DNA of 64,000 nt from assembly GCA_035459025.1 (NCBI GenBank), contig DATHYT010000074.1, positions 5,378 to 69,377 on the forward strand, read 5' to 3'. Each line of letters opens with the position of its first letter. Within the stretch, counting starts at the first letter, position 1. The stretch is from Burkholderiales bacterium. Lineage in GTDB: Bacteria > Pseudomonadota > Gammaproteobacteria > Burkholderiales > SG8-39. Of this stretch, positions 45,879 to 54,268 are shown one piece after another. The position numbers and the translations under genes were made by a program. Below the pieces are notes generated by a model, which had not been told where the DNA came from, ran no database searches, and was given only the letters and a program-made list of their open reading frames with translations.

Positions 45879-48396
45879 GGCGGCGGGCCATCTCGGCGGC
45901 GGGGATCGGCCGGCCGAAGTGATAGCCCTGGCCCTGCTCGCAGCCGTGCTCGCGCAGGAACGCCACGTGCTCCTCGCTCTCGATGCCCTCGGCCACGACG
46001 TCGAAGCGCAGGCGCAGCGCCATGTCGATCACCATGCGCACGATCGCCGCCGAGCTGGGCTCGCGGATCGCCGCATTGACGAAGGCGCGGTCGATCTTGA
46101 GTGTGGAGACCGGCAGGCGCGTCAGGTACGACAGGCTCGAGTAGCCGGTGCCGAAGTCGTCCACCGAAATGCGCAGGCCCGCCTCGCGCAGCGCGTGCAG
46201 CTGGCGGATCGCGTCCTTGGGATCGTCCATCAGGCTGCTCTCGGTGATCTCCAGCTCGAGCATCCCGGGCGCCACGCCGTGCTCGGCAAGCATGTCCTTG
46301 ATCACGCGGTCGAGGTCGCGGCGGCGAAACTGGCGCGCCGAGAGGTTGACCGCCACCGGCGCCGACTGCAGGCCCGCGCGCAACCATTCGGCGAGCTGCC
46401 GGCAGGCTTGCGCGATCACCCAGTCGCCCACCGGCACGATCTGGCCGCTTTCTTCGAGCGCCGGGATGAATTCCAGCGGCGCCACCATGCCGCGCTGCGC
46501 GTGCTGCCAGCGCAGCAGCGCCTCCATGCCGATCATCTGCCCGCTCGCCAGGCGCACCTTGGGCTGGTAGTGCAGCAGGAACTCGCCGCGCTCGAGCGCG
46601 CGCCGCAGGTCGGAATTGAGCTGCAGCTTGGAGGCCGCGCGCGCATTGAGCTCCGCGGTGTAGAAGCAGAACGTGTTGCGCGCCGATTCCTTGGCGCGGC
46701 CCATGGCGATGTCGGCGCACTTCAGCAGCGCTTCGGCGCTCTCGCCGTCGGTCGGGAACGTCGCGACGCCGATGCTCGCGGTGATGAAGGTTTCGCGTCC
46801 GCCCAGGTCGAACGGCGCGGCGAGCGCGTCGAGGAGCTTCTGCGCCACGAGCGCGGCGTCGTCGGCGCGCGCGAGATCCGCGATCACCACCGCGTACTCG
46901 TCGCTGCCGAGGCGCGACACGGTGTCGTCACGGCGCACGCAGTCCTGCAGCCGGCGGCCGACGTGACGCAGCAGATCGTCGCCCACGTGGTGCCCGTGCG
47001 TGTCGTTCACCAGCTTGAAGCGATCCAGGTTGACATAGAGCACGCCCGCGCCGCGGCCGCGGCGCCGCGACTGCACGACGGCGTGCTCCAGGCGCTCATG
47101 CAGCAGGTTGCGATTGGCGAGCCCGGTCACCGAGTCGAACTGCGCGAGCTGCTCCAGGCGCGCCTCGGCCGCCTTGCGCACCGAGATGTTGCTGCTCACG
47201 CCGCGGTAGCCGGTGAAAGCCCCGCTCTCGTCGTAGACCGGCTCGCCGCTGCTCGAGATGTGCACGCGCGCGCCGTCCGGGCGCACGGTGATCTGCTCGA
47301 AGTCGCGGAACGGCCGCCGCGCCTCCAGCACCTTCCGGTGGTCGTCCCAGGTGCCCGATTCCGGCATGACGTTGTCGAAATCCCAGCGCCGCTTGCCGAG
47401 CACCAGCGCCGGGTCGTGCTTGGAGCGCTCCTCGAATCCCGGCGACACGTAGGTGAACCGCAGCGCCTTGTCCTGCTCCCAGTACCAGTCCGACGATAGC
47501 TCGGTCAGGCCGCGAAAGCGCTCTTCGCTCCTGCGCAGCGCGAGCTCCGCGCTCTTGCGCTCGGTGATGTCGCGCGCCACCACCTGCACCGCGGGGCGGC
47601 CGTCGAAGGTGAACGACACCGCCGTGACCTCGCTGCTGAACGGCGTGCCGTCGCGCCGCACGTACTCGACCTCCCGCAGCTGCACCGACTGCGCCGACTC
47701 GTAGAGGCCACGAATGCGCTCGCGCGCCACGCCGCGCGCTGCCGGCGCGATCAGCTCGAGCACCTCGCGCCCGAGCAGCTCGTCCGGGCGCGTGGCGCCA
47801 AACAGGCGCAGCATCGCCGGGTTGACGAGCGCGATGCGCCAGTCCGCATGCACGAAGATCGCGTCCGGCGCGATCTCCACGAGCTTGCGGTAGCGCTGCT
47901 CGGCGCTCTCGAGCGAGGCCTGCACCTTGCGCTGGCCCTCGGCGAGCCGCAGCACGCGGGCGATGGCGTTTGCGCCGAGCTTGCCCTTGTGCAGGATCTC
48001 GAAGGCGCCCATTTCCAGCGCCTCCTCGTCGAGCCCCGGGCGCTCCTCGGCGGTGACGACGATCACCGGGCAGCGCACCGCCGCCCGCATGCGCTCCAGC
48101 GTGGCGAGGCCGCGGCTGTCGGGCAAGTTGAGGTCGAGCAGCACGAGGTGCACTTCCGCGGCGCCCGCGATGCCGAGCCCCCGCGCGATGCTCTCGGCGC
48201 GCAGGACTTCGGCGCGACCGATCGCCGCTTTTTCGATCGCAGCCTGCGCCACCATCGCGTCGGCCTTGTTGTCTTCGATCAGCAGCACGCGCAACGGCGC
48301 GGACTGTCCGAGGCGCGGCACGGGCAGTCGCTCGGCTACCATCTTCAATTGAGATAGGACATTGGTATGCCAAGAATCCGCTACCGCACGCTGCAA
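45871..48396 (-). CDS. Response-regulator receiver / PAS-PAS / degenerate GGDEF / EAL signalling protein (probable c-di-GMP phosphodiesterase)
   Basis: REC (RVLLIEDNK...LLDLNLPD...VIVVT), two PAS regions, GGDEF domain with GSDEY in place of GGDEF but RRDD at the I-site position. The EAL domain is intact (EALLRW, DDFGTGYSSLSYL, KIDRAFV, EGIES, QGYHFGRP). The start may be the ATG at 48342. Confidence 0.88.
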   Translation of the reverse strand: MQRAVADSWHTNVLSQLKMVAERLPVPRLGQSAPLRVLLIEDNKADAMVAQAAIEKAAIGRAEVLRAESIARGLGIAGAAEVHLVLLDLNLPDSRGLATLERMRAAVRCPVIVVTAEERPGLDEEALEMGAFEILHKGKLGANAIARVLRLAEGQRKVQASLESAEQRYRKLVEIAPDAIFVHADWRIALVNPAMLRLFGATRPDELLGREVLELIAPAARGVARERIRGLYESAQSVQLREVEYVRRDGTPFSSEVTAVSFTFDGRPAVQVVARDITERKSAELALRRSEERFRGLTELSSDWYWEQDKALRFTYVSPGFEERSKHDPALVLGKRRWDFDNVMPESGTWDDHRKVLEARRPFRDFEQITVRPDGARVHISSSGEPVYDESGAFTGYRGVSSNISVRKAAEARLEQLAQFDSVTGLANRNLLHERLEHAVVQSRRRGRGAGVLYVNLDRFKLVNDTHGHHVGDDLLRHVGRRLQDCVRRDDTVSRLGSDEYAVVIADLARADDAALVAQKLLDALAAPFDLGGRETFITASIGVATFPTDGESAEALLKCADIAMGRAKESARNTFCFYTAELNARAASKLQLNSDLRRALERGEFLLHYQPKVRLASGQMIGMEALLRWQHAQRGMVAPLEFIPALEESGQIVPVGDWVIAQACRQLAEWLRAGLQSAPVAVNLSARQFRRRDLDRVIKDMLAEHGVAPGMLELEITESSLMDDPKDAIRQLHALREAGLRISVDDFGTGYSSLSYLTRLPVSTLKIDRAFVNAAIREPSSAAIVRMVIDMALRLRFDVVAEGIESEEHVAFLREHGCEQGQGYHFGRPIPAAEMARRLK

Positions 48397-48481
48397 TGCA
48401 ATGGCCGAACCGACGCGCGGACCCGCTGATGCGTCAGGAACCGCAAGAGCGGCGCCCGCGGCTGCCGGGATTGATTTGTCG

Positions 48482-49192
48482 CTATGTCCTGAGGCTGAAC
48501 GGCGTGAAGTCGGTGTTGCGGTCGTAGAAGTCCTCGCGCTCGGCGCGCTTGAGGAGCCCCACGATCTTGTAGGTGAGCGGCGTGAATGCCACCTCGACCA
48601 GCACCTTGGCGACGAACTGGAACGCCATCACCGCGAGGAGCTTGTCGTCCGGGATGATGCCGGTGCCGTAGAACGCGAGCGGGTAGAACAGCGCCGAGTC
48701 CACGGCCTCGCCCGCGATGGTCGAGCCGATGGTGCGCGTCCACAGCCAGCGGCCCGCCGTCATGATCTTCATCTTGGCGAGCACGAACGAATTGACGAAC
48801 TCGCCGCAGAAGTACGCGATCATCGAGGCGCCGGCGATCCGCCAGGCCTGGCCGAAAGCGATCTCGTAGGCTTGCTGGTTCTTCCAGAACGGCGCCGGCG
48901 GCAGCGCCACCACCACGTAAGCCATGAAGGAAGCGAACGCGAGCCCGCCGAAGCCCGCCCAGATCACGCGCCGCGCGCGCGCGTAGCCGTAGACCTCGGT
49001 GAGGATGTCGCCGAAGACGTACGAGATCGGGAAGAACAGCACCCCGGCGCCGAAGACGAGCGTGCCGACCAGCGGCAGCTCCACCTGCGAGATCTTCGCC
49101 GGCCCGATCAGGTTGGCGCAGATCAGCACCGTGACGAACGCCGCCATCACGAACTCGTAATAGCGGTACTGCCGCGGCGCTCCGGCGCTCAC
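48482..49192 (-). CDS. yhhQ: YhhQ/VUT-family queuosine-precursor (preQ0/preQ1) transporter
   Basis: Multi-TM protein with FFPISYVFGDILTEVYGY, NSFVLAKMK and GRWLWTRTIGSTIAGEAVDS, which are characteristic of the family. GTG at 49192 lies 5 nt after the upstream stop. Confidence 0.78.
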   Translation of the reverse strand: MSAGAPRQYRYYEFVMAAFVTVLICANLIGPAKISQVELPLVGTLVFGAGVLFFPISYVFGDILTEVYGYARARRVIWAGFGGLAFASFMAYVVVALPPAPFWKNQQAYEIAFGQAWRIAGASMIAYFCGEFVNSFVLAKMKIMTAGRWLWTRTIGSTIAGEAVDSALFYPLAFYGTGIIPDDKLLAVMAFQFVAKVLVEVAFTPLTYKIVGLLKRAEREDFYDRNTDFTPFSLRT

Positions 49193-49197
49193 GCGCT

Positions 49198-49731
49198 CTA
49201 GGGCAGCTTCGGCTGGAAGTCGCGGAACTCGGGCTCGAGCTGCACGCGCATCGCGTCGAGCATGCGCCCGACCATGGCGTAGAACGCCGCGGTGAGCGCG
49301 AGCTCGACGTAGGTGGCATGGTCGAAGTGCTTCGACACCGCCGCGTACACCTCGTCCGTGACGTCGGCGCGCGTCACCGCCTCGGCCAGTGCGAGCGCCG
49401 CCTTCTCCGTCGCGTCGAACTCGCCCGAGTCGCGCCAGAGCGCGAGCGCCGCGATCTGCGCTTCGCGCACGCCGGCCTTCCTCGCCATCTTCAGGTGCTG
49501 CGCCCACTCGTACTCGGAGCGCATGAGCTGCGCCCCGCGCAGGATCACCAGCTCGCGCAGAGTGCGCGGCGTGCGGCTTTCATAGCGGATGGCGCGCGCG
49601 AACTCGGTCCACGCGGCGGCGAGCGGCGCGTGGTTGGCGAGCGCGCGGTACAGGTTCGGTGGCGAGCCCCAGAGCTCCTCGAGGCGCTTCTTGAGCTCCG
49701 GCGGGAACTCGGTGTTGGGCACGCGTTGCAT
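49198..49731 (-). CDS. Carboxymuconolactone decarboxylase (AhpD-like) family protein
   Basis: 177 aa, all-helical. The LRELVILRGAQLMRSEYEWAQHLKMARKAG pattern is typical of CMD-family proteins. No CxxC motif. Confidence 0.72.
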   Translation of the reverse strand: MQRVPNTEFPPELKKRLEELWGSPPNLYRALANHAPLAAAWTEFARAIRYESRTPRTLRELVILRGAQLMRSEYEWAQHLKMARKAGVREAQIAALALWRDSGEFDATEKAALALAEAVTRADVTDEVYAAVSKHFDHATYVELALTAAFYAMVGRMLDAMRVQLEPEFRDFQPKLP

Positions 49732-49748
49732 GGCGGCATAATAGCCGA

Positions 49749-50960
49749 ATGCCCTCGGCCGACGCGATCCGCGACTTTCAGCTCACGCGCGTGCCGGCGG
49801 ACTTTCTCGACGACCCGTACCCGTGGTACGCGGCGCTGCGCGAGCGCGACCCGGTGCACGCGCTGGAAGGCGGCGGCGTGTTCCTCGCGCGCTACGAGGA
49901 CGCGCTCGCCGTATACCGCGCGCCGCAGGCGAGCTCGGACAAGAAGGCCGAGTTCGGGCCGAAGCTCGGCGATTCGCCGCTCTACGAGCACCACACCACG
50001 AGCCTCGTCTTCAACGACCCGCCGCTGCACACGAAGGTCAGGCGCATCCTCATGGGCGCGGTGAACCAGAAGGCGATCGCGCGCATGGAGCCCAACGTGG
50101 CGCGCCTCGTCGACACGCTGCTGGAGGAGATGGCCGCGAAGCGCGAAGTGAATTTCATCGACGACTTCGCCGCGCAGATCCCGATCGAGGTCATCGGCAA
50201 CCTGCTCGACATCCCGCGCGAGGAGCGCGGGCCGCTGCGCGGCTGGTCGGTCGCCATCCTCTCGGGCCTGGAGCCGAAGCTCACGCCGGAGATGCTCGAG
50301 GCGGGCAACCGCGCGGTGCGCGAGTTCATCGACTTGCTGAAGCGGCTGGTCGCCGCGCGGCGCAAGCACCCCGGCGACTACGAGTCCGATGTGCTGACGC
50401 GCCTCATCCAGGGCGAGAAGGACGGCGAGCAGCTCACCGAGAAGGAGCTCTACCACCAGTGCATCTTCCTGCTCAACGCCGGGCACGAGACCACCACCAA
50501 CCTGATCGGCAACGGCGTATGGGCGCTGCTCAACAACCCCGGGGAGCTCGCCCGGCTGCGCGCCGATCCGTCGCTCGTGCCGAGCGCGATCGAGGAGATG
50601 CTGCGCTACGACGGCCCGATCCAGCTCAATAACCGCCGCCTCACCGCGCCGCTCGCGCTCGCCGCCGGCACGCTGCCCGAGGGCACGCTGATCACCATCG
50701 GCATCGGCGCGGCGAACCGCGATCCGGCGCAGTTTCCCGAGCCCGAGCGCTTCGACGTCGGCCGCAAGCCCAACCGCCACCTCGCCTTCGGCCAGGGCGA
50801 CCACGTGTGCGTCGGCATGAACGTCGCGCGCATGGAGGGCCGCATCGCGCTCGCGCGGCTGCTCGCGCGGTTCGGCCGCATCGAGCTCGCGGGAGCGCCG
50901 GAGCGGGATCGGCGCGTGCGCTTCCGCGGCTTCCGCAAGCTGCCGCTGCGCCTAAGTTAA
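49749..50960 (+). CDS. Cytochrome P450 (class I bacterial type)
   Basis: I-helix [17 protein letters not shown] (ExxR), heme-thiolate loop [14 protein letters not shown]. Confidence 0.9.
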   Translation: MPSADAIRDFQLTRVPADFLDDPYPWYAALRERDPVHALEGGGVFLARYEDALAVYRAPQASSDKKAEFGPKLGDSPLYEHHTTSLVFNDPPLHTKVRRILMGAVNQKAIARMEPNVARLVDTLLEEMAAKREVNFIDDFAAQIPIEVIGNLLDIPREERGPLRGWSVAILSGLEPKLTPEMLEAGNRAVREFIDLLKRLVAARRKHPGDYESDVLTRLIQGEKDGEQLTEKELYHQCIFLLNAGHETTTNLIGNGVWALLNNPGELARLRADPSLVPSAIEEMLRYDGPIQLNNRRLTAPLALAAGTLPEGTLITIGIGAANRDPAQFPEPERFDVGRKPNRHLAFGQGDHVCVGMNVARMEGRIALARLLARFGRIELAGAPERDRRVRFRGFRKLPLRLS

Positions 50961-51044
50961 ATGGGGACAGACCTCATTTTTCATCGGGGCGCCGCGCGCC
51001 CGACAGGCGACAACGGGGAAAATGAGGTCTGTCCCCATTTATAA
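50957..51044. repeat. 88-bp MITE/REP-like palindromic element (same family)
   Basis: Left arm TTAAATGGGGACAGACCTCATTTTTC, right arm GAAAATGAGGTCTGTCCCCATTTATAA, inner hairpin GGGCGC-CGC-GCGCCC. It shares the ...GACAACG junction with the 45.8-kb copy. The P450 TAA stop (50958-50960) lies inside the left arm. Confidence 0.85.
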
Positions 51045-51064
51045 TTTTTGGTGGGAGGTGGCGC

Positions 51065-51376
51065 ATGGCGACTGAGGACGAGATCCTGCTCACGGTGTTC
51101 CTGAAGCACCAGCAGGACAAGAACCTGGGCGAGATCAACGCCAAGCTCGACGCGGCCGGGTTCTGGAAGCAGTTCCCGCCGCAGGGCATCGAGGTCGAGT
51201 CCTGGTACGTGATGATGGGCATCGGGCAGGTGGTGACGCTGCGCGTGCCGGCGAGCCGACTGCGCGACGTGAACCTGACGCTGGAGAAGTTCGCCTGGGG
51301 CGCGTTCAACACCGAGTTCTACGCAACGTACGATTTCCGGCCGGTCTGGCAGAAACTCAAGGAGGGCACGAAATGA
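51065..51376 (+). CDS. Hypothetical 103-aa cytoplasmic protein translationally coupled to the TRAP transporter (possibly a DUF3303-like alpha+beta fold)
   Basis: GGAGG Shine-Dalgarno upstream of the ATG. The stop overlaps the dctP start (ATGA at 51373-51376). No Cys, no signal peptide, no motif I can assign. Confidence 0.6.
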   Translation: MATEDEILLTVFLKHQQDKNLGEINAKLDAAGFWKQFPPQGIEVESWYVMMGIGQVVTLRVPASRLRDVNLTLEKFAWGAFNTEFYATYDFRPVWQKLKEGTK

Positions 51377-52359
51377 ACCTGAAGGCAAAGTTCGGCCTGG
51401 CGGCGTTCGCCACGCTCGTCGCGGCGGGCGCGCAGGCCGCCGACATCACCATGCGCCTGTCGCACCAGTTCCCGCCGGCGCACCACTCGGCGAAGAACAT
51501 GGAGCAGTTCGCGGCCGACGTGAAGGCGAACACCAACGGCAAGGTCGAGGTGCAGATCTTCGGCGCCGCGCAGCTCTACAAGCCGAACCAGCACCACGCC
51601 GCGGTCGCCGGCGGCAAGATCGAGTCGGCGATCGTGCTCTCGTTCCAGTGGGGCGGCACGATCCCCGAGATGAACGTCACCATCATCCCGTACTTCATGA
51701 GCTCGGTGGACAAGATGAAGAAGTTCCCCGGCTCGGAGGCGGCGAGGATGCTGGACGCGAAGATGCTGGAAAAGGGCGTGAAGAACATCGCCTGGCTGGT
51801 GGACGCGAACGATGGCATCTTCACTTCCGCCAAGGCGCCGCTCATCAAGCCCGAGGATTTCAAGGGCGTGAAGATCCGCGGCCTGTCCAAGCTCTGGGAC
51901 GAAGGCCTCGTCGCGATGGGGGCAGCGCCCTCTGCGATGCCGGGCTCGGAGGTGTACCAGGCACTGCAGACCGGCGTCATCGACGCCGGCTTCACCGGCG
52001 TGCAGGCGGCGCACAGCCGGCGCTTCTACGAGGTGCAGAAGTTCGGCGTCGCCTCGAACATCATCCTCGCCTACGACAACCTGATCGTGAACCCGGAGTG
52101 GTGGGAGAAGCTCCCCGCCGACGTGAAGAAGGGCATCCTCGACGCGCTGGAGAAGGCCGAGGCGCGCGTCATGCCCAAGGACGACGCGATCCCGCCCGAG
52201 CACCTGCAGCAGCTCAGGGACAAGGGCATGAACGTCACCGAGCTCAGCGCGGGGCAGAAGAAGGTGATGGCCGACGCGATGCAGCCCGCGGTGATCAAGG
52301 CCTTCAGCGCCTCGAGCCCGGACGCACCGCGGCTTCTCGAGCTGATCCGCGGCCTCTGA
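51373..52359 (+). CDS. dctP: TRAP transporter substrate-binding protein (DctP family)
   Basis: 328 aa with signal peptide ...AAGAQA and the DctP-type pattern (MRLSHQFPP..., IRGLSKLW...). Followed by Q and M subunits. Confidence 0.85.
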   Translation: MNLKAKFGLAAFATLVAAGAQAADITMRLSHQFPPAHHSAKNMEQFAADVKANTNGKVEVQIFGAAQLYKPNQHHAAVAGGKIESAIVLSFQWGGTIPEMNVTIIPYFMSSVDKMKKFPGSEAARMLDAKMLEKGVKNIAWLVDANDGIFTSAKAPLIKPEDFKGVKIRGLSKLWDEGLVAMGAAPSAMPGSEVYQALQTGVIDAGFTGVQAAHSRRFYEVQKFGVASNIILAYDNLIVNPEWWEKLPADVKKGILDALEKAEARVMPKDDAIPPEHLQQLRDKGMNVTELSAGQKKVMADAMQPAVIKAFSASSPDAPRLLELIRGL

Positions 52360-52369
52360 GCGCCGCGGC

Positions 52370-52915
52370 ATGACCCGCGCGGCCGCTGCCGCCGCGCGCG
52401 CCGCGCGCGTCATCGGCGCCCTCGCCGACGGCGCGGCGGCGCTCTCGGCCGCGGGCGTGCTCGTCTCGCTCGCGCTCATCGCCTGGGCGGTGGTGATGCG
52501 CTACGTGTTCAACCGCGCGCCGGTGTGGGTCGACGACGTCGTCGGCTTCATGCTGGTCGGCATCGTCATGCTCGCCGCGGCGCAGGTGCTGCGGCGCGGC
52601 GAGCACATCGGCGTGGATCTGCTCACCGCGCGGCTTTCGCCGCGCGCGCGGCGCTGGGCCGACGCCTGGGCCGCGCTCGGCGCGCTGGCGGTGGCGCTGA
52701 TCCTGATCGTGAACGGCTGGCGCACCGCGATGTTCGCGAAGCAGCTCGGCATCGTCGCCGAGGGGCGTGTCGAGATCCCGGTGTTCTGGCTGCAGCTCCT
52801 CTTGCCGCTCGGCGGGCTGCTGCTCGCGCTCGCCGCGCTCGAAGCGCTCGCGCGCCTCGCCGCGGGCCTGCCGCCGGTGATCAAGCCCCAAGAGGCCACG
52901 GACAAGCCCGAGTGA
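52370..52915 (+). CDS. dctQ: TRAP transporter small permease (DctQ family)
   Basis: 181 aa, four TM segments, positioned between the P and M subunits. Confidence 0.8.
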   Translation: MTRAAAAAARAARVIGALADGAAALSAAGVLVSLALIAWAVVMRYVFNRAPVWVDDVVGFMLVGIVMLAAAQVLRRGEHIGVDLLTARLSPRARRWADAWAALGALAVALILIVNGWRTAMFAKQLGIVAEGRVEIPVFWLQLLLPLGGLLLALAALEALARLAAGLPPVIKPQEATDKPE

Positions 52916-54195
52916 CGATCGCGCTCATCCTCGCGGGGCTCGTGCTGCTGCTCTTCACGGGCCTGCCGATCTTCGCCGGGCTCACGCTCTTCGGGGGCGG
53001 CCTGCTCATCGCCACGCAGGGGGGCCTGGGCTCGGTCACCGAGGTGATCTTCGGCGAGCTGAACCGGTACCTCCTCGTCGCGATCCCGCTCTTTGCGTTC
53101 ATGGCGCACGTCATGATCCGCAGCAGGATCGTGGACGACCTCTACGGCACCGCCTACACCCTCACGCGCCACCTGCCGGGCGGCGTGGGGCTGGCCACCA
53201 TCGCCGCCTGCACCATCTTCGCCGCGATCTCGGGCTCGAGCGTCGCCACCGCGCTCACCATCGGCTCGGTGGCGATCCCGCAGATGATCCGCTTCGGCTA
53301 CACGCCGCGCGCGGCCTACGGCCTGGTCGCCGCGGGCGGCACGCTCGGCATCCTCATCCCGCCCTCGGGGCCGATGGTGCTCTACGGCGTGGTCACCGAT
53401 TCCTCGATCGGCGGCCTGTTCATGGCGGGGCTGATCCCGGGCCTGCTGATGGCGGCGATCTTCGCCGTGTACACGATGCTCGCCGCAGCGCTCGGGGCGC
53501 GCGCCGTGCGCCGCGAGCCCCGCGCCGGCTTTCGCGAGGCGCTCAGCGCGCTGCGCAAGTCGGTATGGGCGCTCTCGCTCCCGGCGCTCGTCCTGGGCGG
53601 CATGTACGCGGGCGTGTTTACCGCCACCGAAGCGGCGGGCGCGGGGGCGATGCTCGCGCTGGTGGTGGGCGTCGCGGTCTACCGCACCATCGGCTGGCGC
53701 GAGATCTGGGACTCGGCGATGGACGCGAGCCGCACCTCCGCCATGCTCTTCATGATCCTCGCCGGCGCCACCGTGCTCGGGTTCGTGCTGACCAAGATGC
53801 GCGTGCCGCACGAGATCGTGCAGGTGGTGGTGCAGCAGGACATCGGCGTGCTCGGGTTCCTGCTGGCGATGATGGCGCTGCTGTTCGTCCTGGGCATGTT
53901 CCTGGAAACGATCGCCATCATCCTGATCACCACGCCGGTGATCCTGCCGGCGATGACGCATTTAGGGATTCACCCCATCTGGTATGGGGTGCTGCTGATG
54001 ATCAATCTGGAGCTGGCGCTGATCACGCCGCCGGTGGGCATGAACCTCTTCACCATCAAGGCGGTGACCAAGGCGCCGATCGGGGAGATTATTAGAGGAG
54101 CGTTGCCTTACGTCGTCTTGATATTCGTGTGTTTGGGCATCGTCATGGCCTGGCCGCAGCTGGCGCTGTGGCTGCCGGGGACGATGTTTAAATAG
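52912..54195 (+). CDS. dctM: TRAP transporter large permease (DctM family)
   Basis: GTG overlapping the dctQ stop. About 427 aa, polytopic, with typical DctM segments (GIPLFAF..., AISGSSVAT, ELALITPPVGMNLF). Confidence 0.9.
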   Translation: MTIALILAGLVLLLFTGLPIFAGLTLFGGGLLIATQGGLGSVTEVIFGELNRYLLVAIPLFAFMAHVMIRSRIVDDLYGTAYTLTRHLPGGVGLATIAACTIFAAISGSSVATALTIGSVAIPQMIRFGYTPRAAYGLVAAGGTLGILIPPSGPMVLYGVVTDSSIGGLFMAGLIPGLLMAAIFAVYTMLAAALGARAVRREPRAGFREALSALRKSVWALSLPALVLGGMYAGVFTATEAAGAGAMLALVVGVAVYRTIGWREIWDSAMDASRTSAMLFMILAGATVLGFVLTKMRVPHEIVQVVVQQDIGVLGFLLAMMALLFVLGMFLETIAIILITTPVILPAMTHLGIHPIWYGVLLMINLELALITPPVGMNLFTIKAVTKAPIGEIIRGALPYVVLIFVCLGIVMAWPQLALWLPGTMFK

Positions 54196-54263
54196 GGACA
54201 GACCTCATTTTTCTTTGCTGCACTTCGTCCTCAAGAAAGAAAAATGAGGTCTGTCCCCATTTT
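54188..54263. repeat. 76-bp MITE/REP-like palindromic element (same family), probable bidirectional terminator
   Basis: Left arm TTAAATAGGGACAGACCTCATTTTTC, right arm GAAAAATGAGGTCTGTCCCCATTTT. The inner loop differs from the other copies. The dctM TAG stop (54193-54195) lies inside the left arm, and T-rich tracts follow the stem on both strands. Confidence 0.85.
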
Positions 54264-54268
54264 CCGTT

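Noticed and set aside
45755-54263. Whether the repeated 24-26-nt cores could be a CRISPR array or integron attC sites.
   Set aside because: The copies occur as inverted pairs at three loci 3-5 kb apart, not as regularly spaced direct repeats with spacers, and no cas genes are present. The attC hypothesis fails because only one copy is preceded by a GTTRRRY-like core. In addition, element orientation does not track gene orientation, and no integrase is present.
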